Positions 19,743 to 29,844 of a stretch of 64,000 bases of DNA are shown here, piece after piece. The position numbers were made by a program, and so were the translations under genes. Location of the stretch: IMG/VR virus record IMGVR_UViG_3300045988_147321. One strand, written 5' to 3'. Every line of letters starts with the position of its first letter. Position 1 is the first letter of the stretch. The notes below the pieces were generated by a model. That model ran no database searches and was not told the DNA's origin. It saw only the letters and a program-made list of their open reading frames with translations. The DNA comes from a virus (taxonomy: Duplodnaviria > Heunggongvirae > Uroviricota > Caudoviricetes).

Positions 19743-21470
19743 TTACTCAGAGTCACCGGCATCAATCGTGTCGCCGCTTATGAAGTTAAGCCCGCCTTTT
19801 TTGGCCATTGTCAGCGTTACACGAGTGAAGTAATCAGCGCCGTTGCGTGGGTGCATATCGTTGATAGCCGAACCCCACAGCGTGGTACGGTTGACCAGCG
19901 CCGGAGTGGTCGGATGCTGGAACGGGATGGCCGGGACAGCATCACCAGTCACGAAGCCTGCTTTACCCGGATTTTCATCACGGACGTAGCACAGCACATC
20001 CATCGAGCTGAACTGAATGTTCTCTGTCGTTAAGTTCTTACAAATACCAGCAGGTACTTCGTACACTTTCACGTTACCGAACAGGGTACCGATGTAGTGA
20101 ACATACGGAGTCTGGATATAGTCTTCGGCTGGCTGGAAGAAATCCTTCGGCAACTGTTTGAAGAAAGATGCTGCATCAGCACCAGCAAACATCCCCATCG
20201 CACCAGAAGATTTAACGCGCTCAATAATGTCGCGATATACAGTCTGGAATTTGCCACGAATGATGGTTGCCCATACATCAAAGGACTGGTTAACCGGCAG
20301 AGCGATGTCAAAGGTGTCGGTCGCAAGAGTACGCCAGATCATGATGCGAAGACGCAGCATATCCTGTTCATGAGACAGGTATTCCTTCAGGGTGCGGAAC
20401 TGTAGGGAACCCAGGTCCAGACCAAATTCACGCTGTGCTTCATACGCCGCCTGTACCGTGTGCTCAGCCGCGATAACGAACTGACTTGGGAACAGGGTGT
20501 ATTTCTTCATTTCGTGGTTGATCAGCGGGATCAGCTCAGGAGCGGCTTCAATATTGATTTCCGTCTCAATTGCGATCTCAGTGCCTTTATCCGGCGCTTT
20601 GGAGAACGACAGGGCAATCTGACCAATGTTGTAGTTCAGAGAGCAGGTAACAGTGATTTGCTCACCAGCAGCATTAGTAAACGAGTGAAGTAGGCTGCCG
20701 GAACCGTTATCAACAACAGACTTAATACGGTTAACGTAGATGTTAGTACGACCTTTTCGGATTGGTACATTCTGGCCTTCGAAGTCTTCCATCTTGAAGG
20801 TTGCGGTTTTGCTGGTGCCATCGGAGCTTGCCACCAGCACATAGCGGCGACGTAACTGGCTGTACACACCGACGGATTGCATGTCCAGAACATCACCAGC
20901 AGCATAAGAACCAAAAGAGGAACCTGCCACGTTAAAGACTTCATAGATGTCGGACTGGTCACGCGTAACCGGAATGAAGGTACACGCATCAGCGGTAGCT
21001 GCCCCCAACTGAACAGGCAGGATCATCGCGAGGAATAAAGGCAGACGCATAACACCGTCAGAAACGCTCATCATCTCTGCTGCGACGGATTCCAGCATCG
21101 CTTTATTAGTGGCATCCATGCTATTGCGGGTGGACTCAATCAGGCAGTTTTCCAGCGTCTGGTGGCAGGAGGCCAGAATTTCCGGACGCGGCATAGATTT
21201 ATGTGCTGCGGCGTAGTCAGCCAGTGCACTTGCCCACGCTGTAGCGATTTGAGCGGTGGCATTATCAGAGATACCCGCAAAAACCGGGTCTTTACGTGCA
21301 GCTTCAAGGATAGATGCGGCACGCGCGGCATCATCTTTAATGAATTGGTTATCAGTACCGAACTGCGCAGTGCTTGCCCAGCCAAGCACAGCTTTAGAGC
21401 GTTTTGCGATATCTGCAATACGATTCTGGTATTCGCGTAAGTTACTCAATTTACTCTTCCTTAAACACAA
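19743..21470 (-). CDS. major capsid protein precursor, 575 aa
   Basis: Size near 62 kDa; P1 gene 23 position next to parB. Confidence 0.45.
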   Translation of the reverse strand: MCLRKSKLSNLREYQNRIADIAKRSKAVLGWASTAQFGTDNQFIKDDAARAASILEAARKDPVFAGISDNATAQIATAWASALADYAAAHKSMPRPEILASCHQTLENCLIESTRNSMDATNKAMLESVAAEMMSVSDGVMRLPLFLAMILPVQLGAATADACTFIPVTRDQSDIYEVFNVAGSSFGSYAAGDVLDMQSVGVYSQLRRRYVLVASSDGTSKTATFKMEDFEGQNVPIRKGRTNIYVNRIKSVVDNGSGSLLHSFTNAAGEQITVTCSLNYNIGQIALSFSKAPDKGTEIAIETEINIEAAPELIPLINHEMKKYTLFPSQFVIAAEHTVQAAYEAQREFGLDLGSLQFRTLKEYLSHEQDMLRLRIMIWRTLATDTFDIALPVNQSFDVWATIIRGKFQTVYRDIIERVKSSGAMGMFAGADAASFFKQLPKDFFQPAEDYIQTPYVHYIGTLFGNVKVYEVPAGICKNLTTENIQFSSMDVLCYVRDENPGKAGFVTGDAVPAIPFQHPTTPALVNRTTLWGSAINDMHPRNGADYFTRVTLTMAKKGGLNFISGDTIDAGDSE

Positions 21471-21500
21471 GGCACTTGTGTGAATCCCTTTTCGGAAGAG

Positions 21501-21520
21501 ATTTTATTGAAAGTCACTTG
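21501..21520 (-). promoter_or_regulatory. candidate late promoter (GTGAC-N6-TAAAAT, minus-strand sense)
   Basis: Shares AAGTGACTTTC with the element upstream of pacA. Confidence 0.3.
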
Positions 21521-21585
21521 TTGACTTTCTCGTGACAAGCAATTTTTTTATTTTTTTCGGGAGTAGGGGAGGAAGGTAAAATCCA

Positions 21586-21672
21586 AGGTGAAATCGTGGC
21601 GATTTCACCTTGAAATTTTAGAGGGATTTACTTTAAAAACAGTAGGTTAATAGTGAAATTTAAATGGCGAAA
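21586..21672. other. parS: parS partition site (ParB heptamer GTGAAAT/ATTTCAC and hexamer TGGCGA boxes flanking an AT-rich bend site)
   Basis: GTGAAATCGTGGCGATTTCAC at 21588-21608 and GTGAAAT ... TGGCGA at 21654-21670, directly downstream of parB. Confidence 0.8.
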
Positions 21673-21674
21673 GT

Positions 21675-22676
21675 TTAAGGCTTCGGCTTTTTATCGAGGC
21701 TCTTTCTAAGGATATGCCCAATCATCCTGTCGAGTTCTTCCTGTAGCTCTTTTGAAAGTCGATTAAACTCATAAGAAAATGCACGGCCTTTCACGCGCTT
21801 CCTTGCAAAGCGATCCTTGTCCTCAAATATCCATAATTCAGTAACTACGGACTTATCTTTAGAACCTTTATCCGTGAGTAGTGAGGCTTCCTTTGTTATC
21901 AAGCGCAGGATTTTATTTTTAACTTCATCTTCGGCCATTTCTTCAATGGATAAGATGTCGTTTATTTCCGGGGATATGTTTTGAATAAGCTGATCAAACT
22001 CTAAATTCTTGTTCCCCATTTCGTCGCCAACAGCACAAAGCGTTTTGTAGTCCGAAAAGGTTAATTCCGACTGCACAGGGAAAAGGGCGACTAATTCTTC
22101 CGGAGCACTCGCTGCCTGGAGAGCACGCGTGACCTTCGCCTGAGACAGCCCTTCTTTGGCTGCAATATCCTTCTGACTCATCCCATCATTTTTCATTCGC
22201 ATCAAACGCAGACCTATTTCTCGAATGCTGTGCTGCAATGCTGTCTGAACGTCTTTCGCTAAATTTTGCGCTTCCTGAACGCTGATCTCCTGGTCCGTGA
22301 CTAAAACCCGCAACCCTACGTTCTCTAAGATGGCAGAAGCTCGACGCCGGGAACCATCCAAAATTTCAATTTTCCCTGTAGCCCGTCTAACACCTATTGC
22401 AGGGTAAAATTGCTGATGCTTAATAGTGCTTCGGATACTTTTTAATGATTTTGGCGTAAGAGATGCCTGGTCACGCCCGTTGTTATGCTGATCAACAAAG
22501 GTATCGCTTTCTACCTGGTTCGGAGGTATTACCTCTTCAATAAATGTGGCCTGGCGACCAGTTGATAACTTGAATACCTGCTCGACTCGATCGCCAGAGG
22601 CTGAAGAACTATCAAATCCGCTTAATATTGAAGGATTAAGGGTTCGCCCAATTGTTGGTCTGTTTTTCTTTGACAT
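21675..22676 (-). CDS. parB: ParB partition protein, 333 aa
   Basis: Size and position; adjacent parS boxes. Confidence 0.85.
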   Translation of the reverse strand: MSKKNRPTIGRTLNPSILSGFDSSSASGDRVEQVFKLSTGRQATFIEEVIPPNQVESDTFVDQHNNGRDQASLTPKSLKSIRSTIKHQQFYPAIGVRRATGKIEILDGSRRRASAILENVGLRVLVTDQEISVQEAQNLAKDVQTALQHSIREIGLRLMRMKNDGMSQKDIAAKEGLSQAKVTRALQAASAPEELVALFPVQSELTFSDYKTLCAVGDEMGNKNLEFDQLIQNISPEINDILSIEEMAEDEVKNKILRLITKEASLLTDKGSKDKSVVTELWIFEDKDRFARKRVKGRAFSYEFNRLSKELQEELDRMIGHILRKSLDKKPKP

Positions 22677-22692
22677 GGGGGTTTCTTACTCC

Positions 22693-23889
22693 TCAGTTAG
22701 ATCTGATAAATTCAATACGGTCAAAAACTGCTTTAGCAAAATCTTCCGCAGCAATTCGCGCGTTCTTCAATGCATCAGCACTACCAACATACGTTGCCGG
22801 GTTAGCTGAAATAACAGTGTCAAAAGACTCGCCGCAGCGTTCAAAACCGTCAAGGCGAGGGAGGACAACATCAAGCATATCCCCACCGAACACTTCTTTA
22901 GCCAGGCTATGGCAATACTTATGGTCTGCCTTGTTACTCAACTTGGACATAAAACCAATGTTAGTTGCAAGCTGACACTCGCAGCCTTCATCCGAAATGA
23001 GTTTCACCAACTCAGGAAGGCGGGCAACGTATTTAAGCGATGAGTGGAAATCAACCGTTGCAGGCGGCAGAGGTGTAAACAGTATATTGGCCGAGGCCAA
23101 AGCATTTTTCAGGAAGGCGTCAAGGTGAGGACCACTATCAACGAGGATAAAGTCATAATCGCTCTTCAGCTTATCAATCACATTTTCTTTCAGGACTGCA
23201 TGGATGTTCTGACCCGGTAGATGCTCATTGCACAGCTCTCTCCAATCGGATGCAATAAAGGCATCGTCAATCGACGCAGGCATAACGTCAACCCCAGGTA
23301 CAACAGAAGGAACAATAAACTCCTCTAACAGCTCTTCACGGCTTACATTCTGCAACATAGCCTGTGCAGATGTTGCGTTTACGATACCAATAGAGTGTTT
23401 ATGGCTTAAAAACATCGTTGCTGAAGATTGCGGATCAAGGTCAATAACCAGAATCCTTAAATCTTCCATCAGAAGATGAGGATGAGCACGCATTGCATGC
23501 GCCAGAGAAACCGTCGATACAGTTTTTGACACACCGCCTTTAAGATTGGAGATGAAAATCACATACGCTTCGCTGTAGCGATCCCGGTATTTTGGCACTC
23601 CGCGATGTTCATATATGTCAATGATGTTCTGAATTGACATCGCATATTTCATTGAAGAGCCAGCAGGGCGTTTATCGAAAACATAACCCTTTTCTTCCAT
23701 TTCACTTACGGCATAGTCAACGTTCGCACGAGTCAGTAGAGGCAATTTTGCCAGTGCCGCTTTCGCATAGACCTGGTAAAACTCGTTCGCGTGTAGCTCA
23801 TCCTTTTGCAACTGTACTTGTTCAGTCAGAACATTGAGCATTCTATTTGCTCTTTGAGCAACCTTGTGAAGCTGGCTGGAATCACTCAT
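22693..23889 (-). CDS. parA: ParA partition ATPase, 398 aa
   Basis: Deviant Walker A KGGVSKT; size. Confidence 0.85.
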   Translation of the reverse strand: MSDSSQLHKVAQRANRMLNVLTEQVQLQKDELHANEFYQVYAKAALAKLPLLTRANVDYAVSEMEEKGYVFDKRPAGSSMKYAMSIQNIIDIYEHRGVPKYRDRYSEAYVIFISNLKGGVSKTVSTVSLAHAMRAHPHLLMEDLRILVIDLDPQSSATMFLSHKHSIGIVNATSAQAMLQNVSREELLEEFIVPSVVPGVDVMPASIDDAFIASDWRELCNEHLPGQNIHAVLKENVIDKLKSDYDFILVDSGPHLDAFLKNALASANILFTPLPPATVDFHSSLKYVARLPELVKLISDEGCECQLATNIGFMSKLSNKADHKYCHSLAKEVFGGDMLDVVLPRLDGFERCGESFDTVISANPATYVGSADALKNARIAAEDFAKAVFDRIEFIRSN

Positions 23890-24028
23890 CGAAAGTCATC
23901 CTTTATGCTGTATTTTTGAATTTAATTAAAAATGCTGCATAAAATAATAATGTATGCGTAGATGCTTGTACATAGCATTCTCTGCATGTTTGGTTCATTT
24001 TGCACGATTGAGAGTTACAAGGAGGGCA

Positions 24029-24050
24029 CAAAAAAGCCCCGTTCAGGGGC
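24029..24050 (-). terminator. intrinsic terminator 8 nt after the 24058 stop
   Basis: GCCCC-GTTCA-GGGGC hairpin followed by a U-run on the minus strand. Confidence 0.55.
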
Positions 24051-24057
24051 ATCAGTG

Positions 24058-24867
24058 TTATTTGCTAAGAGCAGCGAATAATCGTTCGAAATCGATAGTA
24101 TCTATAGCACGCGTAAGCGCCGGAAGTTCAGCCTCAAAGTACCCGTGTCGATCGTAAAAGAAGGGACCGAAGAGCGAGGCATGTTGGATTCTACTTCGCC
24201 CCAGCCCGGACACACAGTTAAGCCCATTACCGGCTAAAAGGCTAAAAAACTTCTCTGGATTATCGTGGTAAAGCTGGGAATCAATGGTGGCGGTTAACTC
24301 TTCCATAGGGAAGCACACCCGCCCTGTATCCCAGGGATATTTAGTCCGAAGCATAAACATTGCTTTCAGCAATTCACATTGAGCGCGGATCGCGTCCGGT
24401 TCATAGCCAGATATGGAGACATAAGCCACGTCCCTCATTCCTGCGTCATCTTTGAAAGTCACGATAGAAGTAACATCCAGCTCTTTTTCGAAAGAGCAAG
24501 CAGCATCTACTGGACGCTGAAGTAAATCATTCGACTTAATGCGCTCGAGAATCCCTCCCCACATATCATTTAGATATTCGATATGAGCCAAAACCTTATC
24601 AAGACACTCTCGTGTAAACCATTCAGTATGCCCGCCACCGACGCTTTTCTCCCACGGCGCATTCCAGGGGAAAAAGGTTGCGTGTAAAGCCCGCTCAAGA
24701 TTAACCATTACCAAACGCGTACCACGATAGACCCGTGAAAGCGCAAAATCGGGACTCACTTGTAGCCCTTTAAACCGTGCCAATGGACCACATGAAATGC
24801 CGATTTTAAAAGTATCTCCGTTCTCTGGCACCAGAACGTAGAGGTAGTGTTGTTTCTCTTCTTGCAT
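24058..24867 (-). CDS. T5orf172/Mug113-type (GIY-YIG-like) N-terminal domain protein with uncharacterised C-terminal domain, 269 aa
   Basis: N-terminal YLYVLVP ... FKIGIS ... GGGHTEWF motif pattern; single gene with its own terminator between par promoter and incA. Confidence 0.45.
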   Translation of the reverse strand: MQEEKQHYLYVLVPENGDTFKIGISCGPLARFKGLQVSPDFALSRVYRGTRLVMVNLERALHATFFPWNAPWEKSVGGGHTEWFTRECLDKVLAHIEYLNDMWGGILERIKSNDLLQRPVDAACSFEKELDVTSIVTFKDDAGMRDVAYVSISGYEPDAIRAQCELLKAMFMLRTKYPWDTGRVCFPMEELTATIDSQLYHDNPEKFFSLLAGNGLNCVSGLGRSRIQHASLFGPFFYDRHGYFEAELPALTRAIDTIDFERLFAALSK

Positions 24868-24884
24868 ATCAATACCACTGCTTG

Positions 24885-25158
24885 ATGAGAACCGCGCAAA
24901 TGTTGACTATGCGCGAAGGTTAATGTGAATAGTTGACTATGCGCGATGTGACTACAGTCAAAAGTTGACTGTAGTCGATTTAACTCCACCAAAGATCGAC
25001 TATGTAAGATATTGTCGGGAGAAACGTTGACTATACGCGATGAAATGCCCCTAAAAGCCATCTCAATAGCGACTTGCAGAATATTGACGCCAGCAAAAAT
25101 CCACCAGCGTCAACGAATGTCGCCTATAGTCAACTTCTCGCTATCGCATATAGTCAAT
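24885..25158. repeat. incA: incA iteron array (about nine RepA-binding repeats, core TGTTGACTATGCGCG variants)
   Basis: Repeats read directly; downstream of repA. Confidence 0.8.
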
Positions 25159-25159
25159 A

Positions 25160-26044
25160 TTATGGATTGCGCTTATGGATCTGGAAGCCGATTTTCCTGC
25201 CGTTTTTTATCTCTGAAAATTTAAGATATTCAATAGCTTCCAAATCTTTCATGGCTTTTCTGATAACGCTATTTTGCACGCTAACGGATGATTTGAGATT
25301 AAGCCTCGCTCTAAGGCGCTCAATGCTGACAGGTGCCGGGTTGGCGGGTAGAGCCTCAAAGAATGTATACAGTACCTTGGCCGTCTCTTTGCGCCCTAGT
25401 TTATCCAGCATCTTCAGCTTCAGGATTCGCTTATAGTCAACATAGTAAAGTTCAGATAGCTGTTTCTGCGGCTGGATCTCGATAACATCAAGCTCGGTAT
25501 TCAGGCTGCTATATGCCAACAAGTTGACGTTAATGTTATTGAGATGACCTTTTGCCGCCGGGAAGCGGAATTTGACAACTGTCTGCTGAATGCGTGTCAG
25601 AGAGTCATCAATACTTTTACGGAACGCCTTTGAAAGGCGCTTACGTGGATAGCCGCATCGATCGGCAAACTCGGAGAATGGCAGGGTGATTATGCCGTCA
25701 TCATCAGGTGCGTAGTCAAACAACGCGGAGGTTATGCCCACCCACACCTTAAAATCAGTATCCATATCCAGGCGTGGGCCATGAATTTCAATTCCCTCAT
25801 AGCCTTCCTGCTCAACAATTTTAAGGCTTGATAGTTCTTCGGTTGCGTTCGTTGTGTTTGTAGTAACTGACGATCCGCGACGTAGTGCCACATTGGTAGA
25901 TTTTAAGGTTGGCACAAACACACCTAAGCGCAACAAAGCGATAGGTTGTATAGTGCTGTTGTTATTAGGCTTCAGGCTGTGGATTTCTCCTGTATTTCCT
26001 GCAACTTCTTCAACGCTAAGGAAGCCTTTACTTTCTTCCGGCAT
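25160..26044 (-). CDS. repA: RepA plasmid replication initiator
   Basis: Flanked by iteron arrays on both sides. Confidence 0.8.
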   Translation of the reverse strand: MPEESKGFLSVEEVAGNTGEIHSLKPNNNSTIQPIALLRLGVFVPTLKSTNVALRRGSSVTTNTTNATEELSSLKIVEQEGYEGIEIHGPRLDMDTDFKVWVGITSALFDYAPDDDGIITLPFSEFADRCGYPRKRLSKAFRKSIDDSLTRIQQTVVKFRFPAAKGHLNNINVNLLAYSSLNTELDVIEIQPQKQLSELYYVDYKRILKLKMLDKLGRKETAKVLYTFFEALPANPAPVSIERLRARLNLKSSVSVQNSVIRKAMKDLEAIEYLKFSEIKNGRKIGFQIHKRNP

Positions 26045-26104
26045 CGTGGTTTCTCCATGTGTGGCGCGGCCTGGCGTTAATTTAGATGACTGTTATCAAC
26101 AGCT

Positions 26105-26230
26105 GTGAATATTCAGGCTCTAAAATCGCGTACAGTCAACGTTTCTGTCGCGTATAGTCAACAATAAATCGCGTGCAGTCAACATAAAATCGCACACAGT
26201 CAACATAAAATCGCGTATAGTCAATGTTGA
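26105..26230. repeat. incC: incC iterons (five repeats, core AGTCAAC) of the plasmid origin
   Basis: Repeats read directly upstream of repA. Confidence 0.8.
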
Positions 26231-26352
26231 TCCCGTTTCAGGCCATGAACGGCGCGGCTTACAGCGATCCGGGATCTTCTTTGGATCTTCCTAGGTTCTC
26301 TTTGGGATCTGTTTATTGGATCTATGCTGTGGATAAGTTGAATAAACCGGCC
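26222..26352. other. oriR: oriR: GATC cluster plus DnaA box TGTGGATAA
   Basis: Five or more GATC sites in about 90 bp and a consensus DnaA box, adjacent to incC. Confidence 0.75.
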
Positions 26353-26378
26353 AACATAGCCGGTTGGAAGGAAGGGTA

Positions 26379-26771
26379 TTATTCTACGCTTTCGATAAGA
26401 AGACCATGTTCATAACATTTAAGCTCATCGCCTTCGTACAGGAATTGGTATCCAATACCACCATTTTCATGGACATTAGGGAATAACTCATAACTCACTG
26501 AAGAGCAAATCACACCAATGCAGCGATCAACGCCTTCTCGTTCTTCAGTGCTGAAAAAATCCTCTTCGGTAAGAACATGAGTACATTGATCATCAGCATA
26601 GGTCGGAAATACATGCTCAATGCAATCCGGGTGTTTTAAACCAAGCTGAGCGGCAAGCTCGAAAGCATGACGGTATTGTTCAGATCCTGGCTTGCCAACA
26701 GTGATGTGCTCAATTTTGTAGATTGAAGTCGCTTTGTTGATAGTTTGCTTTACTGTTACTTTATCAGACAT
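26379..26771 (-). CDS. hypothetical protein, 130 aa
   Basis: ORF track. Confidence 0.4.
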   Translation of the reverse strand: MSDKVTVKQTINKATSIYKIEHITVGKPGSEQYRHAFELAAQLGLKHPDCIEHVFPTYADDQCTHVLTEEDFFSTEEREGVDRCIGVICSSVSYELFPNVHENGGIGYQFLYEGDELKCYEHGLLIESVE

Positions 26772-26782
26772 AAAAATCCCTT

Positions 26783-27034
26783 TTAGTTACCGCTGATAGC
26801 GCGGTTGTAATCATTAACGTTGCGATTCTTCCTGTTAATCCCCATCAGCATCGTTTCTGTATCGAGGATATACGCTGGCAGATCATCGAAATATTCACTG
26901 CTAAACTCTGGCATTCTGCACATAAATGCACTTTTGGGGGCAGGGTGGTTAACCTTTGTCGGCGTCGGCGTTAAATTCGCTGATCGACTCCCGGAGCAAC
27001 CGCTGAGTGTCAGCAGGAATGCGCTGGCGAACAT
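26783..27034 (-). CDS. o-spanin-like lipoprotein (Rz1-like), 83 aa from internal start
   Basis: MFASAFLLTLSGCSG lipobox followed by Pro-rich segment; start lies inside the upstream i-spanin-like ORF. Confidence 0.45.
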   Translation of the reverse strand: MFASAFLLTLSGCSGSRSANLTPTPTKVNHPAPKSAFMCRMPEFSSEYFDDLPAYILDTETMLMGINRKNRNVNDYNRAISGN

Positions 27035-27398
27035 TACCCGCCGCAACCAGTTGTTTCTGAACTTCAGCTTTTCGTTCCATTTGCCTGTCAGCATATTTGG
27101 CTTGTTCTGATTCATTTTTCACTTCCTGGCTGTGAAAATGTTGCTCTGCTTTGTTCATCGTCTCAATGGTCTGGTTAAGATCCATTATTGACTTATCACG
27201 TTCCTTAACAGCCTGATCAAGACTGCCAATTTTCTCGATGGCTTGCTTTAGCTGATGACGTTCCCATGCAAACCCAGCACCAACAAGTGCGCAAATCAGA
27301 ACAAGAACACCAGTAGCAGCAAGTTTCTCCTTCAAAGACAAAGCTGTTTTTAACGTAGAAAAGAATGACATGTCTTCCTCCTGAAGAAAAATTATCAA
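26949..27398 (-). CDS. i-spanin-like protein (Rz-like): N-terminal TM helix plus periplasmic coiled coil
   Basis: TM segment VLVLICALVGAGFAW followed by charged coiled-coil region; overlapped by the lipoprotein ORF. Confidence 0.45.
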   Translation of the reverse strand: MIIFLQEEDMSFFSTLKTALSLKEKLAATGVLVLICALVGAGFAWERHQLKQAIEKIGSLDQAVKERDKSIMDLNQTIETMNKAEQHFHSQEVKNESEQAKYADRQMERKAEVQKQLVAAGNVRQRIPADTQRLLRESISEFNADADKG

Positions 27399-27410
27399 TG
27401 AAGTCCTTTG

Positions 27411-28256
27411 TTACTGTGCCGCTTTGTTTAATTCATCAAGAACAGAATCAGGAACCAAAGCAGCAACTGCGCTGGCTGTGCTGGCCTTATTTGCTGATGC
27501 TTCCGCAAGCGCAGTACCGATAGCATGGTTATAAGCAGTTATGGCTACATTGGCGCTTTCATTCGCTCGTTCATACTGCTGTTGTAACGCAGTTGTGGGC
27601 GCTGTTGTCTGGTTGAATACAACCCCAAACTGTTCAGTTGCTACTTTCAGAGATTCAATTTGCTCTTCTGTTAGTGCTGGTGGGGGAGTGGCAGTGCCGC
27701 CGCCTGAACCAGAGCCTGACGAGCTTCCTGAGCCAGTGTTAAGGGTCTGGTTAATCTCCCCCATAGCAGCGACTAAACTTGATGTATTAAGCGCGTTTAC
27801 AGCGTCCTCAAGCGATTTAGTAATAGTCACATCACCAATGGCAATAGAGATCGGCAGTTCTGATACTTCTCGCTCATTAGCACGGCAGTAAACATCCCAA
27901 CCAATATCGAGTTGAAGCAGCATTGACAGATCTGCATAACCAGCCAACAGGTCCGCGTGCTTAGTTGCCAGTTCTCCAATGTTCGTTAAGCCGGTTGTGG
28001 TTGTTCTGATCGTTGAAACATAGCTGGTAATAGTGTCGGGATAGACAATTGTATCCAGAATTAATCCGGTCAATTCTTCTGCAAGCAGTTTTGCTGTGTT
28101 AGCACTGTTTCGTGCCGATGTTATGGCACCAGGTGTTTTCATCCCACCGGCGGCGGCCAATTTTTTATATGCGGATAACTGGTAGTCTTTTTCCAGCATG
28201 ATATCTCCTAACTTACCTGAACCAGGCCGTCTCCGGACGCTACGGTAGATCCGCAT
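27411..28256 (-). CDS. hypothetical protein with Gly/Ser linker; probable internal start near 28199
   Basis: ORF track; the annotated N-terminus overlaps the upstream PAAR gene. Confidence 0.35.
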   Translation of the reverse strand: MRIYRSVRRRPGSGKLGDIMLEKDYQLSAYKKLAAAGGMKTPGAITSARNSANTAKLLAEELTGLILDTIVYPDTITSYVSTIRTTTTGLTNIGELATKHADLLAGYADLSMLLQLDIGWDVYCRANEREVSELPISIAIGDVTITKSLEDAVNALNTSSLVAAMGEINQTLNTGSGSSSGSGSGGGTATPPPALTEEQIESLKVATEQFGVVFNQTTAPTTALQQQYERANESANVAITAYNHAIGTALAEASANKASTASAVAALVPDSVLDELNKAAQ

Positions 28257-28492
28257 GAAACAGGGTCACCAACGCATACGATCCCTTTACCATTGACGGT
28301 AAACCATGCCCTGGTTGATATAGCTTGCCCACCGTGCGTACTGTTTCCATCGGTATGCTGTGCATATTGCTTACCATCAACTAACACTTCGACTCCGTTG
28401 ACTTTAAGTAGTGCTTCACTCTCTACAGGAGGCCTGGATGGGAATCCTCCGTGCCCCGAACAAATGCTGTCTTTTGTTGCAATACTTGCCAC
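28208..28492 (-). CDS. PAAR-repeat spike-tip protein, 94 aa
   Basis: CSGHG ... VNGKGIVCVGDPVSCGSTVASG pattern typical of PAAR proteins. Confidence 0.5.
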   Translation of the reverse strand: MASIATKDSICSGHGGFPSRPPVESEALLKVNGVEVLVDGKQYAQHTDGNSTHGGQAISTRAWFTVNGKGIVCVGDPVSCGSTVASGDGLVQVS

Positions 28493-28573
28493 GTTATCAC
28501 CAATTATTTGCTCTGATTTTCGTTATTTTAACTCAGGTTGTTTGTGGTCTACATGGAGTTCAACTATTGCAAA

Positions 28574-28590
28574 ATTGCTCTAATAAATAT
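28574..28590 (+). promoter_or_regulatory. C1 repressor operator (ATTGCTCTAATAAATAT)
   Basis: 1 mismatch to consensus; divergent region upstream of the hrdC operon. Confidence 0.6.
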
Positions 28591-28661
28591 TGTTTTTTAT
28601 GTCGTATTTTCGGTACCATTCAGCCATCGCCCTTCAATGGGCATTTGTTTGGAGTCGTCAG

Positions 28662-28946
28662 ATGCAGATGGAGCTAATAAGCCGCAAAGAGTTCGATAGC
28701 CGTGTAACCAGCGGTGAACTCGACAACTTGCAGGCTATCAAGGTGAAAGAAGGCTTTTGCCTCATTGGGAATCAGAGCGGAACAAATCGCGTTTTTATGC
28801 TTCGCCGTACGGATTTGAAGCCATTTGTCTGGAAGAACGAAATTGGTCCCAGCTCATACGCTCAAACGAGGGGGTGCCACAACCTGGCCTTTTTCTACAA
28901 AGACGAGCTTTCTGTGGTTGATATTCAAGGGTTACAACATGTTTAA
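28662..28946 (+). CDS. small protein upstream of hrdC, 94 aa from internal ATG
   Basis: ATG at 28662 with SD; overlaps the hrdC start. Confidence 0.35.
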   Translation: MQMELISRKEFDSRVTSGELDNLQAIKVKEGFCLIGNQSGTNRVFMLRRTDLKPFVWKNEIGPSSYAQTRGCHNLAFFYKDELSVVDIQGLQHV

Positions 28947-29844
28947 GCACTGGAAAAACATTACTATTTATAAACTTTCTCGTGAGGCGGATCTGACCGA
29001 CTTAGAAGATAAAAAGAAAATGATCCTTTTCACACCATGCGGTAGTCAGGATATGGCCAAGTTCGGTTTTGTATCTCCATTTGGTGATAATTCCGAAGTT
29101 ATCGCTATGCATGGAAATGGTTTTATCCTTGTTGAAGCAAAGCGCGAAACAAAAATTCTTCCCCCGCCGGTTATCCAGCGAGCTATTCAAGAAAAAATTG
29201 AAAAACTTGAGCAAGAACAAGCGCGTAAACTGAAGAAAACAGAGAAGGACTCCCTGAAAGACGAAGTTCTGCATTCTCTTCTGCCACGGGCTTTTTCAAA
29301 GTTTTCTGTTATCCAGGCGATCTACGACGGTTCAACTAAACGTATCTATATCAATGCCAGCGCGCGGCAGGCAGAGGATATGCTCGCGCTTATGCGTAAA
29401 TCTCTGGGTTCTCTTCCTGTCGTTCCCCTAAGTGTTGAAAATCCCATTGAATTAACGCTGACCGACTGGGTACGTGATGGTAGTGCTCCACAGGGATTTC
29501 AAATGGGGGATGCGGCAGAACTTAAGGCAGTGCTTGAGGATGGCGGTATTGCCCGAGTGAAAAAGCAGGATTTGGGAAGCGATGAAATTTCCACACACCT
29601 GGAAGCTGGCAAGCTCGTCACTAAGTTGGCACTCGACTGGCAGAACCGCATTAAATTTACACTGGACCATAACTTCAGCCTTACCAGCGTCAAATTTGCG
29701 GATGAATTGCTTGAGCAGAACTCTGATATTGATAGTGAAGATGTAGCGCAGCGACTGGACGCAGATTTCTTCCTGTTGACCAGTGAAATTTCGTGCCTGG
29801 TTGATGCTCTGGTAAATGCCCTTGGTGGAGAGGCTAAGCAGTGA
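28939..29844 (+). CDS. hrdC: RdgC-like recombination-associated protein, 302 aa
   Basis: Near-colinear with E. coli RdgC as recalled (LSRE ... [11 protein letters not shown] ... EAKIEKLE ... [23 protein letters not shown] ... GGEA); start at internal ATG 28939. Confidence 0.8.
   Translation: MFKHWKNITIYKLSREADLTDLEDKKKMILFTPCGSQDMAKFGFVSPFGDNSEVIAMHGNGFILVEAKRETKILPPPVIQRAIQEKIEKLEQEQARKLKKTEKDSLKDEVLHSLLPRAFSKFSVIQAIYDGSTKRIYINASARQAEDMLALMRKSLGSLPVVPLSVENPIELTLTDWVRDGSAPQGFQMGDAAELKAVLEDGGIARVKKQDLGSDEISTHLEAGKLVTKLALDWQNRIKFTLDHNFSLTSVKFADELLEQNSDIDSEDVAQRLDADFFLLTSEISCLVDALVNALGGEAKQ

Noticed and set aside
24885-26230. Direct repeat arrays flanking repA that could be mistaken for a CRISPR array
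   Set aside because: Repeats are about 19 bp, irregularly spaced, with no spacers of uniform length and no cas genes; they match the iteron organisation of a P1-type replicon.
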